From assembly GCA_964627575.1 (NCBI GenBank), contig CAZVJX010000001.1, forward strand, positions 1-24,969: a DNA stretch of 24,969 nt. The letters are read 5' to 3'. The translations under genes and the position numbers were made by a program. This stretch comes from an uncultured Candidatus Saccharibacteria bacterium (lineage in GTDB: Bacteria > Patescibacteriota > Minisyncoccia > Phycocordibacterales > Phycocordibacteraceae). The notes below the pieces were generated by a model. The model was not told the origin of the DNA. It saw only the letters and a list, made by a program, of their open reading frames with translations, and made no database searches. Below, one piece after another: positions 24,804-24,969 of this stretch. Numbering within the stretch: position 1 is the stretch's first letter; every line of letters begins with the position of its first letter.

Positions 24804-24969
24804 ATGACCCTCACCGAGGGCAGCCACGGCAAGGAGTCCACGAAGGTGAACGTCGAGTTCACCGGCTTCGGTCTCTATATCGTGAAGAACATCATCGAGG
24901 CCCATAAGAGCACGGTCCGCGCCGAATCGGACGGCGCCGGGAAGGGAAGCCGATTCATCGTCGAGCTCC
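24804..24969 (+). pseudogene. Direct repeat copy 2: degenerate duplicate of the kinase C-terminal (HATPase G2) segment, runs off window
   Basis: ATG 24804 reads MTLTEGSHGKESTKVNVEFTGFGLYIVKNIIEAHKSTVRAESDGAGKGSRFIVEL. Repeat proper is 24811-24969. Confidence 0.85.

Noticed and set aside
1-24969. tRNA, rRNA, CRISPR arrays, IS elements, alternative genetic code
   Set aside because: No cloverleaf, rRNA motifs, regularly spaced repeats or transposase found by eye. TGA terminates several genes, which argues against code 25.

Overview
A 25-kb window from a high-GC bacterium with Patescibacteria/Parcubacteria (CPR)-like traits. These include AT-rich spacers without Shine-Dalgarno sites in front of ribosomal genes, a short AlaRS, a short L13 and many small membrane orphans. 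The lineage call is inference. Genetic code 11 fits (TGA ends genes). Every gene I can support is on the + strand. Order: PGK-like fragment joined in frame to an M16 peptidase C-terminus (probable chimeric contig end), non-catalytic M16 subunit, small membrane ORF, alaS, FtsA/PilM-like protein, single-TM baseplate-J-like protein, infA-rpmJ-rpsM-rpsK-rpsD-rpoA-rplQ-rplM-rpsI, an AT-rich membrane protein with a PD-(D/E)xK-like motif, two orphans, grpE-dnaK-(orphan)-dnaJ, an ABC exporter, two membrane proteins, an EamA transporter, a fold-III PLP decarboxylase lacking its catalytic Cys, a coupled trio (multi-pass membrane sensor, 95-aa protein, soluble GAF histidine kinase), and an AT-rich ~1.1-kb insert (Nudix, remnant ORF, DUF6176-like) bounded by a 159-nt 94%-identical duplicate of the kinase 3' end. 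Best candidates for undescribed systems: the split sensor-adaptor-kinase module with its decarboxylase/exporter neighbours, and the actin-like plus baseplate-J-like pair. All family calls come from motif recognition; no database search was run.
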